Shown: positions 51,001-62,453 of the stretch, one piece after another
How the letters are laid out: each line of letters starts with the position of its first letter
How positions within the stretch are numbered: the first letter of the stretch is position 1
Assembly: GCA_050084985.1 (NCBI GenBank)
Contig: JBITNC010000002.1
Coordinates: 12,958,001-13,022,000, forward strand
Direction: 5' to 3'
Origin: Nageia nagi
Lineage: Eukaryota; Plantae; Pinophyta
DNA: 64,000 nt
Translations under genes and position numbers: made by a program
Notes under the pieces: generated by a model
The model's database searches: none
Seen by the model: the letters and a program-made list of their open reading frames with translations, nothing else
Told to the model about the DNA's origin: nothing

Positions 51001-53070
51001 GCTTTAGGATTCATGCTCATATATTATCTTAATCATACACTTGTCGATTATGAGCTTAAGTATGTCTACATTTAGAAGGTTTATCTTGCACTTGTCTTTG
51101 ATGTTAAGAATTTGAGGCATTACATGTTGAATCATACCATCTATATCATTTCAAAGGCTTATCCTTAAATTACATGATGAGAAAAACATATTATAATGCA
51201 TGGATACTAACTAGATCATATTCTTGTCTGAGTTTGACCTCACCTTCATCAGTTAGATTTCCATTAAAGGTCATATCATATTCAATCAACTAGTAGAGGC
51301 TCCTATCTAGGAATATACTCCTCTTGAGATCATTCTTCCTAATGAGGATATTTTAAAGTAGATGATATTGAAGAAATAATCAACACTTAGGAAGACTATG
51401 AGATGACTATGTACTTTGATGGCTCAAAGTGTGAACAAGAAGGAGGGGTTGGAGTTATCTTCTTTACTCCTCAGGGTGTCCCCATCCCATATTCCTTCAA
51501 TTTATACTTTCATAAACAATAATTCAGAGTATGAGGCACTTATATTAGGTCTTAAAGAAGCTCTATAACTCAAATTTGAAAGGTTACTTATCTATGGTGA
51601 TTCTCAGTTGGTAGTTGATCAAATCTTGGGAACTTACCAATGTCATAATGAGCTTTTGAAGAATTACAGAGACTTGGAATTGAAGTTATTAAATCTATTA
51701 AGGATTCCCTTTTAATCCTCATAGGTGTATCTAGCATGTCAAAATTGTTACTTTGAAAGAGTCTTCATTGAATTCACCTTTACTCCATGATTCAACTTTA
51801 GTTTCAATCAATGAGATCACTTTAGAGCATTGTAATTATGGTATAAGTAGTTGCACAAATATCTTAAGTGGAATATCACACCTTTGAATTTATCAATCAA
51901 TGAAAGGAGTACATTCAATAAAAAAGCATCCTGGTATGCCATACTAGGAGATGTTATCTATAAGTGATCATATGATTGTATCCTTCTCCAATGTTTAGAG
52001 CTTTGTGATCAATAGATTGTTATTCAAACCTATTGTGATGGTATCTATGGTGGATATTTTAATGGAATAACCATTCCCAAATGCATTATTAATATGGGTT
52101 ACTATTGGTCAATTATGGAAAAAGATTATCAAGATTATGTTAGAAAATGTATTAAGTGTTAGTAGCATTCTCATTCACATCATCTTCCTACTCATGCACT
52201 CAATCCCATTCAATATCAATGGCCATTTTCTTAGTGAGTTTTTGACCTCATAGGTCAATTTGTGCCTCCATATTCATTTGGACATAAGTTCATAATCACT
52301 ATGATAGAATACTTTACTAAGTGGGTTGCATCAGAGCCACTTGTATCTATAATTGGTCACAAGATTATTGATTTTATTCATACTCACATCATTTCTCACT
52401 TTGGAATCCTACACAAAGTCATATCAGATAATGGGACTCCCTTTAAAACTTAGCATGTTAAAGCATTATGTAATGGTTACAATATCCAACATTATTTCTC
52501 TATGCCATTCTACCCTTAAGGTAATGTTCAAGTTGAAGCATCTAACAAAACCATTATCACAATTATGAAGAATATGGTCAATAAAAACCATAAGAATTGG
52601 CATGAATATTTTTTTTTATGCTTTATGGGCTTATCACACCAACATCAAAACACCCACAGGATCCACTCCTTACTCCTTGGTCTATGGAGCTAAAGATGTC
52701 ATGCCCCTTGAGCTAGAAATCCTATCTCTTAGAGTTTAGTTGCAAGGTCTCATTCTAGATGAAGAAGCTTGACAAACTTGTCTAGACCAATGAACCCTCC
52801 TTGATGAATGACAAGTCAAGACCATTCAACATCATAAGGTTTAGTAAGAGTGGTTGAAGTAGATATATAACAAAAAGGATTGACCTAGAGAATTCAAAGT
52901 TGGCAACCTAGTACTTAAGGAAAATTAGTAGCAATCATATCTTGAAAGGCCTTTATGAGACAAGTTTGTGTCAAATTGGTTGGGACCTTACATAGTCAAG
53001 AATAAATTCATCATAGACACTTATCATTTGGCATACCTAGAGGGTTATGGAGACATCTTTGTCCATTCTA
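45040..53070 (+). pseudogene. Ogre-type gag-pol pseudogene (His/Pro/Ser-rich N-terminus, gag, PR, G-patch, RT, RNase H, archaeal-type RNase H, integrase)
   Basis: gag KFRGKEDPREHL...TFPMTL..QALDWY ~46630-46765; PR RVLINTG...LLIRPWI 48260-48510; G-patch GYGLGKYEHG 49337; RT ORF 50030-50371 and MEDYVDDLL ~50531; aRH MYFDGS...NNNSEYEAL...GDSQLV 51408-51615; INT IEYFTKW...ISDNGTPF 52262-52453. Confidence 0.92.
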
Positions 53071-53976
53071 CATTTAGCTTGCTTTTCCTTGTTCATCTTT
53101 GTTTATTTTAATGTATGTTAGCATTTGGTTTTTTAGCTTAGGTTGTTTATGCTTGCATCATATCTTATTATCTTGGCTTTATTTTTCATAGCATATCATC
53201 TTGATCTAGTTACTAATTTATCTACCCTAAGTGTCTAGGGATTGCTTACATGCAATTATATCCTTGAGCTTAAGTGTGTGTATCATATCTTTTATCTCAT
53301 CAACTTATTATCTTTTTTATCATATCATTAGGAGTCAATACTTAGTTGGTTCTCCACCTTTTTAGTGTCATCCTAACTTTTTAGGTGCATAGAGGCCACC
53401 AGTCACTCATGTCCCCATCATGTGTCATTCCTTGTATCATTGTATCATTTGTATCCTTTGTCATCATCTTGCACATATCACTTTTGTTTCTCTACTCTTA
53501 GTCCTCATCAGAGTTAGGGTTGTTAGACATTATCTTCAATCTATTATGAGGCAAGAACAATCCTAGACATGCATGGAAGTTAACTCCAAACCAAACTAAA
53601 CCAAATCAAAATAATTCATTCAAGTTGAGTCATTGGATTTTGTATGTATCATGTGTTATTCTCTTTGTTTTTCATGTTTCAAATGTCAGTTTGCTTTATC
53701 TTCTATCTATGCAATGATCTTATCCTTGACATTTTCACTTATCCATTTATGCCACTTATCACCATACATGATTTGTGAAATATTGATGAGGATTAAACCA
53801 CTTGGATCTTATGATCATAGACTATAGAATATCATGGTTTTTGAAGGAAATACCTATATTCTTTCATAATTGCACTCTAGGTTGGGGTAACATACTATCA
53901 TTCTTTTATTCTTTCATTCTTTTTAGAAAATTCTTTCTATTCCAACTCTCTTCCTTTTAAAATTAAATTTAAATCT

Positions 53977-55001
53977 TGTAGTAGCCCTAATATTGAAGAA
54001 TTTTAGGTATTGTTATGATCCAGCTATTGTATATATGGGTCCTTATCTTTGATATTTTTTTCTTGTAAATTTCTAGTTAAAGTCAACTGAGTGTTGTAAT
54101 AATTCTTGGGGATTAACCTTAAGTCATATTAATAGTAAAATGGGGTAGAAATTATATCTATATGTTACAGTGAAAATAGAGCTGGAATGTAGAATAACAT
54201 AAAATACAATTATTCTTAGATTTTCACTGAACTTCAAATTATGTAAAATAGGTAAAAATGTTGTAATTGTAAATTGATATTGATTTTCAGCTCAAAATAC
54301 AATTTTCCCTTAGAAGGGACTTTTACAAATGCCATTTTTCAAAATGAGAGTATTAAATCTTCATTGTTTTTTATTTGCTTGCTTCTATCCTTGATATGGA
54401 CAACCTATAAATCCTACACACATATAAAAGATAATAACGTCAAAGCATCTATGTATGACATGTATTAAATTGAAACTAGCATAAAACAATAAAAGGGTAT
54501 GAGCTCACAAGATTTTGGCAATGTTACCCTACTCCAAAATTGGGCCCCTATTGCTTTGTGTTGGCTTGCATTTATAGATTTTGAGTGAGATTTTCCAAGG
54601 TTGGTAAGGGGGAGTGAAAAGCCACTGTAGGTCATAACTGACCCCCTCTATCCACATCATCTTGGAAGAATGAGATGTTACAACTTTCTTTTATTATTTT
54701 TGGTTTCTATTCGGCTATTATAGAGTCATCGATGATTACTAGGCGGACACCGACGATCATCCTAAAATGTCGATGATTGTTTTGGGTCGTTGGCGATTGG
54801 TTTTCAATTTTTATAACAATATTAAAATGATCGCCAAATAGCCAATTTTTACTGAAAAAAGGGTCATGTGACCACTCGTTTTACATGTACTTGATGAGAG
54901 CTATCCAATAATATAGTTTTTAAACCTATTTTATATTATCACAAAGAGTTATGATTATTCCAATTTTTATTAGTTAAAAAGGGACATTTTAGGTGTCTAC
55001 A
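53977..55001 (-). repeat. 3' LTR of element D (~1.0 kb; left boundary tentative)
   Basis: TGTAG...CTACA termini next to the PPT. Confidence 0.65.
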
Positions 55002-58000
55002 TTTTGCCCCTTTTTGAATTATCAACCAAAAATGCGGTTGATGATTTTAAAAATATAGAATGAGAAGCTTTGTTGCTTGATTGTTTATTGTTGCTTTTTT
55101 ATGATATAAGTTTTGACTCAATTTCTTAGATGAATTAAAATTTTGATTTATCAACTTATGATAAAATGTGTTTTCTTTTAACATTTGATGTAGTTTTGAA
55201 AACAAATTTGAATATACTTCAGAAGTGACTATTTTTGGTATGATGATGTGTTAATCTTGTGTGATAGTTGCATGACATTTCTATTATGTCATTTTGCATG
55301 TCTAAGCGCACATGTATCGTATAAGTTTTCTTTAGTATATGAGTTTTGAAGGTGTTGTCCTTTGTCCCGATAACGGGGTTTCAAGATGATCTCCTGTAAC
55401 AATGATACATCACATTTTATCTTCTTTGATATTTGTAAATGTTAATGATATTTTTTAAAAAAAATATATCATCAAAATCTTTTTTCGTATAAAGCTTAAG
55501 ATCTTTTAGTAGGATATAATTATAGCTTCTCTGAATCAAAACTTATTATATATATATATATATATATTATATATATTATCATCTGGTTTTGTCATGAGGA
55601 TAGTTCTTGCCATGGCTGAATATGATCTTTTAACTTTTGCAATTGATACATTTTGAAAATGATATTGTAATACATCAAAACTACACTTATGTCAATCTCC
55701 ATACTGTGTGCTGTTTATGGTAGTTGCATGACAAGACTCTAGTTTGTCTCTACATATTGAAGCGAGTATGTGATGGTAAGCTTATTTGATGTATACAATT
55801 TTGAGATAGTGATGTTGTATATCAAAACTTCACTTGTTTTTATCTCCATACTATGTGTTGTTTATGGTAGTTACATGACAAGACTCTAGTTTGCCTCCGC
55901 ATGCCGAAGTGAGTATGTGATAGGAAGCTTGTTTTGTATATACAAGTCATCTTTCATTTTTCTCTGCTTTTGACCCAGCAGAATGGGTTTCATGATGATC
56001 TTTTGCATAAGTCTTTTAGAATCATATTGAGCATAAATATCTTATTTTAGGTTATAGGAAATCTTAATTACCTTAACCGTTAGTAGACATATAACTTTCA
56101 GTTTTCTAATTAACAATGTTTTGGGTACATTTTAAGAGAGATGTAGCCATGATATTTCTATGTGATCGTGGGCTTACTTTGATTGTGGTGCTTTTCTTAG
56201 CATTATGGCCCTTTTTGAACTAACTAATGATGTCAATGATGATGATGATAGACTGTTCAAAAAACTAATACATATGAGCTAGTGAGCAAGTAAGATGAAT
56301 GTACGAGTGATTCTAACCTTATTGTTTCAATCATTTATAGGTGAATATAAGGTTTTATTTTAGGTCATGGGAAATTGTATTTACCCTAATTATCCAAGTA
56401 TGATTTCTTGAGCTTTGTAATTGAAGTATTTTGAACACACATTGGTTGTACACCAAATAGGTACTAAAGGCTTGTTTCCATATATCATTACATGGGTGTC
56501 TTATGTTTACCCTGAGGAAATGTATGGATCTGAGTCAGGTATATGACATGAAGTCCCCTTTGTGTGCATTGATTTAAATTTTGATTATTATTTTTTACTC
56601 TAGAAAGGTAGGTTTTGCAAAAATCATTAGAATCATGTTTTTTGATGACTAGGATTTCCTGAATACATATAACAATAAGTGATGACTAAACATGCATAAC
56701 ATGACATATGATTTGAACTAGGGAGTTCATGATTCATTGTAAGATCATAAAAAATAAATGGTGTTTGTCCTATCAAGGATTCATGATGAAATTATTTATG
56801 ATTGAGTTTGCATGTTTATTTGGTTATCTTTTTTTTTTTTTTTAATGGCATGATGTGGTGAGCAAACATAGTCATGTATCTTAAGAAGATACAAACAAAC
56901 TAATATGTTATCATTGTAGACTTATACAAATACCACTAGACTCATAAGTAGGTGATAATATACTTAAGGTTAGTAAGTGGTTAAGTCAAGACTCATACAC
57001 TTGAGTTTATCAACTTATTTATGAATATTTTAAATCTTGATTTTGTTGGTTGATGGTAGAGGCAAATGATTTGCTTTGGGTCATGGACAATCATAGTTGC
57101 CCCATCAAATATTTCCGGATGGAATTGTTTATAATTTGATATCATCAAAGATTCATGATGAGGAATATGATGATAACAATTATCCCATCAAATATGTATG
57201 GGATTATTATTGTATTTTTATTTTTAAATGTTGATTTTGATATTCTTAAATATCTTCAAATTTAAGGATAATGATTTGAAAAATTGCAGTATTAGATTGT
57301 ATCATTTACCGTATTTGGCTACTAATACTTTTTATTTTATGATAACATGTACAAAGGATATGGAACAAGATGTAACACACATTCCATTTATGGGTAGATG
57401 ATAATGAATGGAAAGGGAAGAAGAACATCAATTTCTAATTCCAAGGGAAGAGCAATTTCTTACTCTCGATCCCAAGGAATGATGGAAGCTTTTTAACGAT
57501 ATTATAGGGGGTTGAAATGGATGGGATATGATAGGAAAAGAACATTGACTTCCAATTCAATGGGGAGAACAATTTCTTATTCTCGATCTCAAAGAATAAT
57601 GGAAGCTATAAAATTTAACAATGTTCTAGGGTTGACTTTTATCAATCTACTAAGGGCAATTTCTTGCTTAAACTTGTAGATAAGAATAGAAGCAAAAGGT
57701 TTTAACAACAACAATGTTGACTCCCATATTAATGGGGAGAGCAATTACTCACTCTTTTTCTCAAATAATATGGATGCACCTCCAATTTAATAATCGATAA
57801 AGATGGATTAGAAAATATATGGATGTTGGATAATAAAATATGAAAGTTGGTATAGTATAACGTGTATGGAGGATGGTGGATGTTAATATGAAAATAGTAT
57901 AACAAATGAATGGACATAAGATGCATTGAGTACTTAGAGAGATATACTAATCAACTCATCAAGGCATTGATAAATATAAGTGTAATATTAATTACTATGT

Positions 58001-59046
58001 AATAATAAATAGTATGGGATGGAGGCATGGGAGGATGAAGAAATGTAATGATCATAATATTCAAGTTGACCATATTAACTAATCACCATTAGATTTTTCC
58101 TTATTTATATGATATAAAACAAAGTCATGATGTTCTCAAAATTATCATAGACTCATGTGTGTGCAATGATGTTTATTTCCATCTCTAGACAATCTCAAAC
58201 TAACTGTCACAAGAGCATAAAATATATAAGCTAGTTCATCCATATGAAATGTACAGAGGTCCATAGGAAAGAAGGTCACTAACCAATATGGACATGTCAC
58301 CACTCGTAAGGTATGCCCCATTGCCAGACAGGCATCCATAGCCCCGATGAGGATTAACCCCTCGATCCCACTACAACCTTGCTCTACTGCTAGTCAGGCA
58401 TCCATAGCCCGGTAGAGGATATTGTGATCACCCAAGAATCATTGATATGATGTAGTAATTTTATTTTTTTTAACTATCAAATGATTCTTGGGTTCAATAT
58501 GAAGTGAATAATAGGATGAACATGTAATACTTTCGCTTGAAATCATGCTTTTGTAACACCTCATTCTTGACTATTTTAAGATTATTTAAATGTGAAGATG
58601 TGTATGAGTCCGTAATAACCTTAAGTGTATCATAGTCATGTTTGTTTATCATCCAAAATTTCAAAAATTTCATGATGAAGGTTGGTAAAGTCAATAAGAA
58701 TATTAATTTCATAAGCTATTTCTTTTACAATGAGTATTAAACATATTTGTATAATGGTATGGAAGTGATCATGGATAATGTATAGTATATATGCCTTGAT
58801 TAATTGTTAGAATATAATCTAATACTCAAATATTCCAACATAATGGGGGATGAATATGAGGTGGAAAAAAGGGGAAGACATGGAAATGCAATAAACATAC
58901 TATAACCTATTTCAAAATCAGATATGATCATTTTAGTTTTTAATCATATTTTGATGTTTGTGTGATTTCTAAATCATGTTTTAATGATTTTTTTTTTATG
59001 ATAAAGGGAAACTACCCCAATGTGATCTATGTAGAACATGAGGAGA

Positions 59047-62000
59047 TCAAAAGTAAGATGGGGGACAACTTCCCCAATGTGAACGATGTGAAGGAGATTG
59101 AATATCCTGATGCAAATAACATAATTCATCATTGTTTAATTGTGTGGAATGTATGTATGTATTTTGTAGATGATGTAAATTGTTATCTATCAATAAAGGT
59201 ATATCTACTTCAAATCTTCTATCATCCATCAAATCATGAAGTGCATGATTTAATTGGTGGCAATATTTAGTATCATGCCCAAATTGATGATGATAAACAT
59301 GATGTCCATACTTATTGTATTTTATTGACTTAGGATTTAGGTTTTCTTTCATTATATGATCTACCACCCTCTTAGGTTGCTTCGATGATTGCATTCCATC
59401 ATTGTAATCATCTTTGGATTTTAATTTCCATCTCATATCTTTATGATTATGCCCTTACCTAGCAAAGATGGATGATGATTTCCCCTTTGAATTTTGCATA
59501 GGAGGTTTTGTTTTCGATGATTTTGTAATATTATAATGTGAGTATGGATTTTCATCTCTTCATACACAATAGAGTACTCCCTCATGAATGTATTTTAGAC
59601 AACCATGAAATGTAGATGGGACATATTCCATTTCTTGAATCCATGGTCTACCTAAAAGAATATTATATTGTTCAATGTTCCCTTCAATGATATATAATGA
59701 TGTTTGTATCATCTTACATCCAATGGTGATGGGTAACACTATCAACCCTATTGTTGAACATAAGGCATTATTAAATGCTTTTATTTGTAATGATGGTAAA
59801 GAAATATGAGGGAAAGGAAGATTCAATTTGTGATATGCCAATGTAGATATGATATTGACATCTAACCCTTCATCTATTAATATCCTCTTAACAATTTTAC
59901 CATTTACTTTACCAATGACATGGAGAGGTGGATCTAACCCTTGAGGTCCCTTGTTTGGTTGTCTCTCATGGTCATAAAAAGAAATTATAGGCTGATGTAT
60001 CAATGGAGGAACTTGCATTTTGGATTTTTGATTATATGATATATCAATTTGTTTTTCTTGTATGTTTTGAGTTCCAGTATCAACTCCAACTATTCTTATA
60101 AAAGGTTGATTACTTGGATTCCAAGTGGGTGTCACTTGACTGTAATTAGGTACAATAGATACTATATTTACTTGATATGAAGGAAGTGAGTCTTGATAAT
60201 TTTTTAAATTTTGATCTGAAATAGAAGTATGGTCTTCAACTTCCAAGTTATTATCTTTGATTGAATTTTGAGTTCTATTTCTCAATGCTAGACAATTTTT
60301 TGTACTATGACCTCTTTGATGGTGATAATTACAATACTCATTTTTGTTATATTTTTCTTTTCTCGTAATTTTTATTTCACCATATTTAATCTTGACCTTC
60401 TCAATTATAACTGCTTGAGCAATAACTTCTTTGAGAGTATTATATTGTTGAATTTGTAATATACTAGCTATAGGCCTTAAACAATTTTGACTGAATAATT
60501 TAACTAACTCCTCCTAAGGTAAGGTATAGGGCATGCCATAGAGTATATCCCTCCATCATGAAACAAAGTCAACAATAGATTCATTCTAAGATTGTTTTAG
60601 TTCTACAAGATCCATAATAAAAGATTCCTCTTTGATATAAATTCTAAAATGTTGTAAGAACAAGTTTGCAATTGAGGAAATGAATAAATACTATGTCGTG
60701 GCAAATTATTATACCATTCCAAGGCTTGGGCTGCAAGCGTCATGGGGAACAAACGTATCATCAAGATCTCATCATTAGAAATTAGGTAATTTGAAAACTT
60801 AAACCACCTTAAATGTTCCTTAGGATCCTTATTTCCTGTAAAAGGAATTATCTTAGGTATTTCAAAGTTGTAAGGTAATTTCTTCTTAGGGACACTTGGA
60901 TGAATGGGTTCATTGCAAATATTATCATATGTCAACTTCTTGAACCTTGATATGTTCATTTCTTTATTCATGAAATCCTCTAATTCATTATTTGTCCAAC
61001 TACCCTGAGGATGTTTTCGGTATCTTCTATGATTGGTATTTCTTTCTGACTTTAGGTTTGAATTATAAGATTCATCATCAGAAGAAGATCTTGACAACAA
61101 TGAAGATGGTAATGATGGAAGCTTAGAAGGTAAATGATGCCATTGCATTGGATTTCTAAGAGTTGTAGATGGTTGTACTTTATTTTGTTGAGACTTCTCA
61201 TGAAGTAACCAACTATCTTGAACTTCTTGTTTTACCTTGTCAAAAAATTGTTGTTGTTTGTCAAGCTCTTGCTTTTCTTTTTCTTTGAATTCTATATTCT
61301 TTTCTTTAAGTTTGGCTTCCTCTTCTAACTTACTTTGAACACCTTCATATCTTTTACTAAAGTTTATAGTTTCTTCATAATCTCTCTCTATGTGTTTTCT
61401 CTTTGCCTCCAACTCCACAAAAGAGGGTATCTCTCCTACCTTGAATTGTTTAGCTAAAGCTTTTCTACATTTTTCTTGCGATGAGTGTTTCTCATAGGAA
61501 TAAGGATCATAGAAGAATTTTTTGAGATCTTACATTGAGGATTTGTTTGTGAGGTTCCTACTGAATATAAGGTCATTCTATCAAAATCTTCCATACAAGA
61601 CCTAGCCCTATGAAGTGTTTTTTGATAGGTGGGGTCAGTTATCCTAGCTTGTGAAGAGGGGCTTTGAGGTTGATAATCTAAGCTCTCAAGAGGTAATTCT
61701 CTTTGTTGATTAGAGTAAGATTTTTGATATCTCCATACTTGGTAATTAAGAGGTGATGATAATTACACTCAAGCTTGACTCTTTTGGTTTGCATAAGCTT
61801 TTACATCATGCTTTTGCCTCATCTCTTCTTGTCTCATTTTGTCGACAAACTCATTTAAGGTTTTTTCATGTTGATCGTGAGAAGAACATGCTTGTTGTTG
61901 TTTATGGGATTCCCTTTGCCAAATATTCTTAGCTTTTTCATCACAGAAAATATTCCTAAGTAATTTATTTGTTATAGGGCTATCTTTTTTATCACATTCC

Positions 62001-62401
62001 CAATTTTTCATCAAGCTAGTTTGATATTTTGAAGGTATTTTTAGTGGGTTTGAACAACATTCATCCTCATAAAACTTTGTATCATTATCATGATGTGTTG
62101 TTTCCCCACATGGATGTTCATTCCTAAGCTCATGTGTGTTAGCTTTGGAAATTTTATTTTTATATTTTTCATTTCTTTGTGATTGAAATTCTAGAGATTC
62201 AATAATACAATCTATGGATTTTTTAATTCTTATGTGAGGCTCTTCAATTTCTACCTGTGATGAGAGTGAACAAGTTTCATCCTTGAACTCAAGAATATCA
62301 TGAGATTCATAGGAATCAATAGAAGGTCTTGTAGCCTCAAGAAGGTGAGGAGAATGAAATTGCAATTCTGAGGAATGTTCTAAAAGGTCCTCAAGATTCA
62401 T
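59047..62401 (-). pseudogene. gag-protease of element D, plus a second knuckle-like motif downstream of the protease
   Basis: ORFs 61769-62401, 60603-61418 (FTGNKDPKEHL...FPMTLAAQALEWY), CNYHHQRGH...C ~60335-60295, 59560-60285 (ILIDEG...ILLGRPWI) and 59047-59436 (YHHQFGHDTKYC). Confidence 0.88.
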
Positions 62402-62453
62402 GTCAAGCTCCTCTTCTTTAATATCATATTCATCCCAAGGTTGGGGTGAAGAC

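Larger units (their letters stand above)
42348..53976 (+). mobile_element. Element C: Ogre/Tat Ty3/gypsy retrotransposon (5' LTR + gag-pol); its 3' part is interrupted by element D and its 3' LTR is not in the window
   Basis: LTR ends TATAAGCACCTAAAAA (42348) and TTTTTGGATGCTCACA (43365) are inverted apart from transitions; tRNA-Arg-like PBS TGGTAATCACAGTAGGA 43369-43385; order PR-RT-RH-aRH-INT. Confidence 0.85.
53977..62453 (-). mobile_element. Element D: Tat/Ogre-related LTR element with gag-protease only; 3' LTR in window, 5' end interrupted by a Copia
   Basis: Minus-strand PPT AAAAAGGGGCAAAA (55015-55002) followed by TGTAGACACC; putative LTR end CTACTACA at 53977; gag-PR ORFs at 59560-62401; no RT or INT motifs seen in 55.0-59.0 kb. 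Confidence 0.75.

Noticed and set aside
53478-53535. Hammerhead-like CTGATGAG…GAAAC on the minus strand
   Set aside because: Stem II is incomplete and no stem I pairing can be formed.
58320-58420. CCGATGAGG…CCTCGAT as a ribozyme core
   Set aside because: Lacks both the CUGA and GAAA catalytic motifs; kept only as a short repeat.
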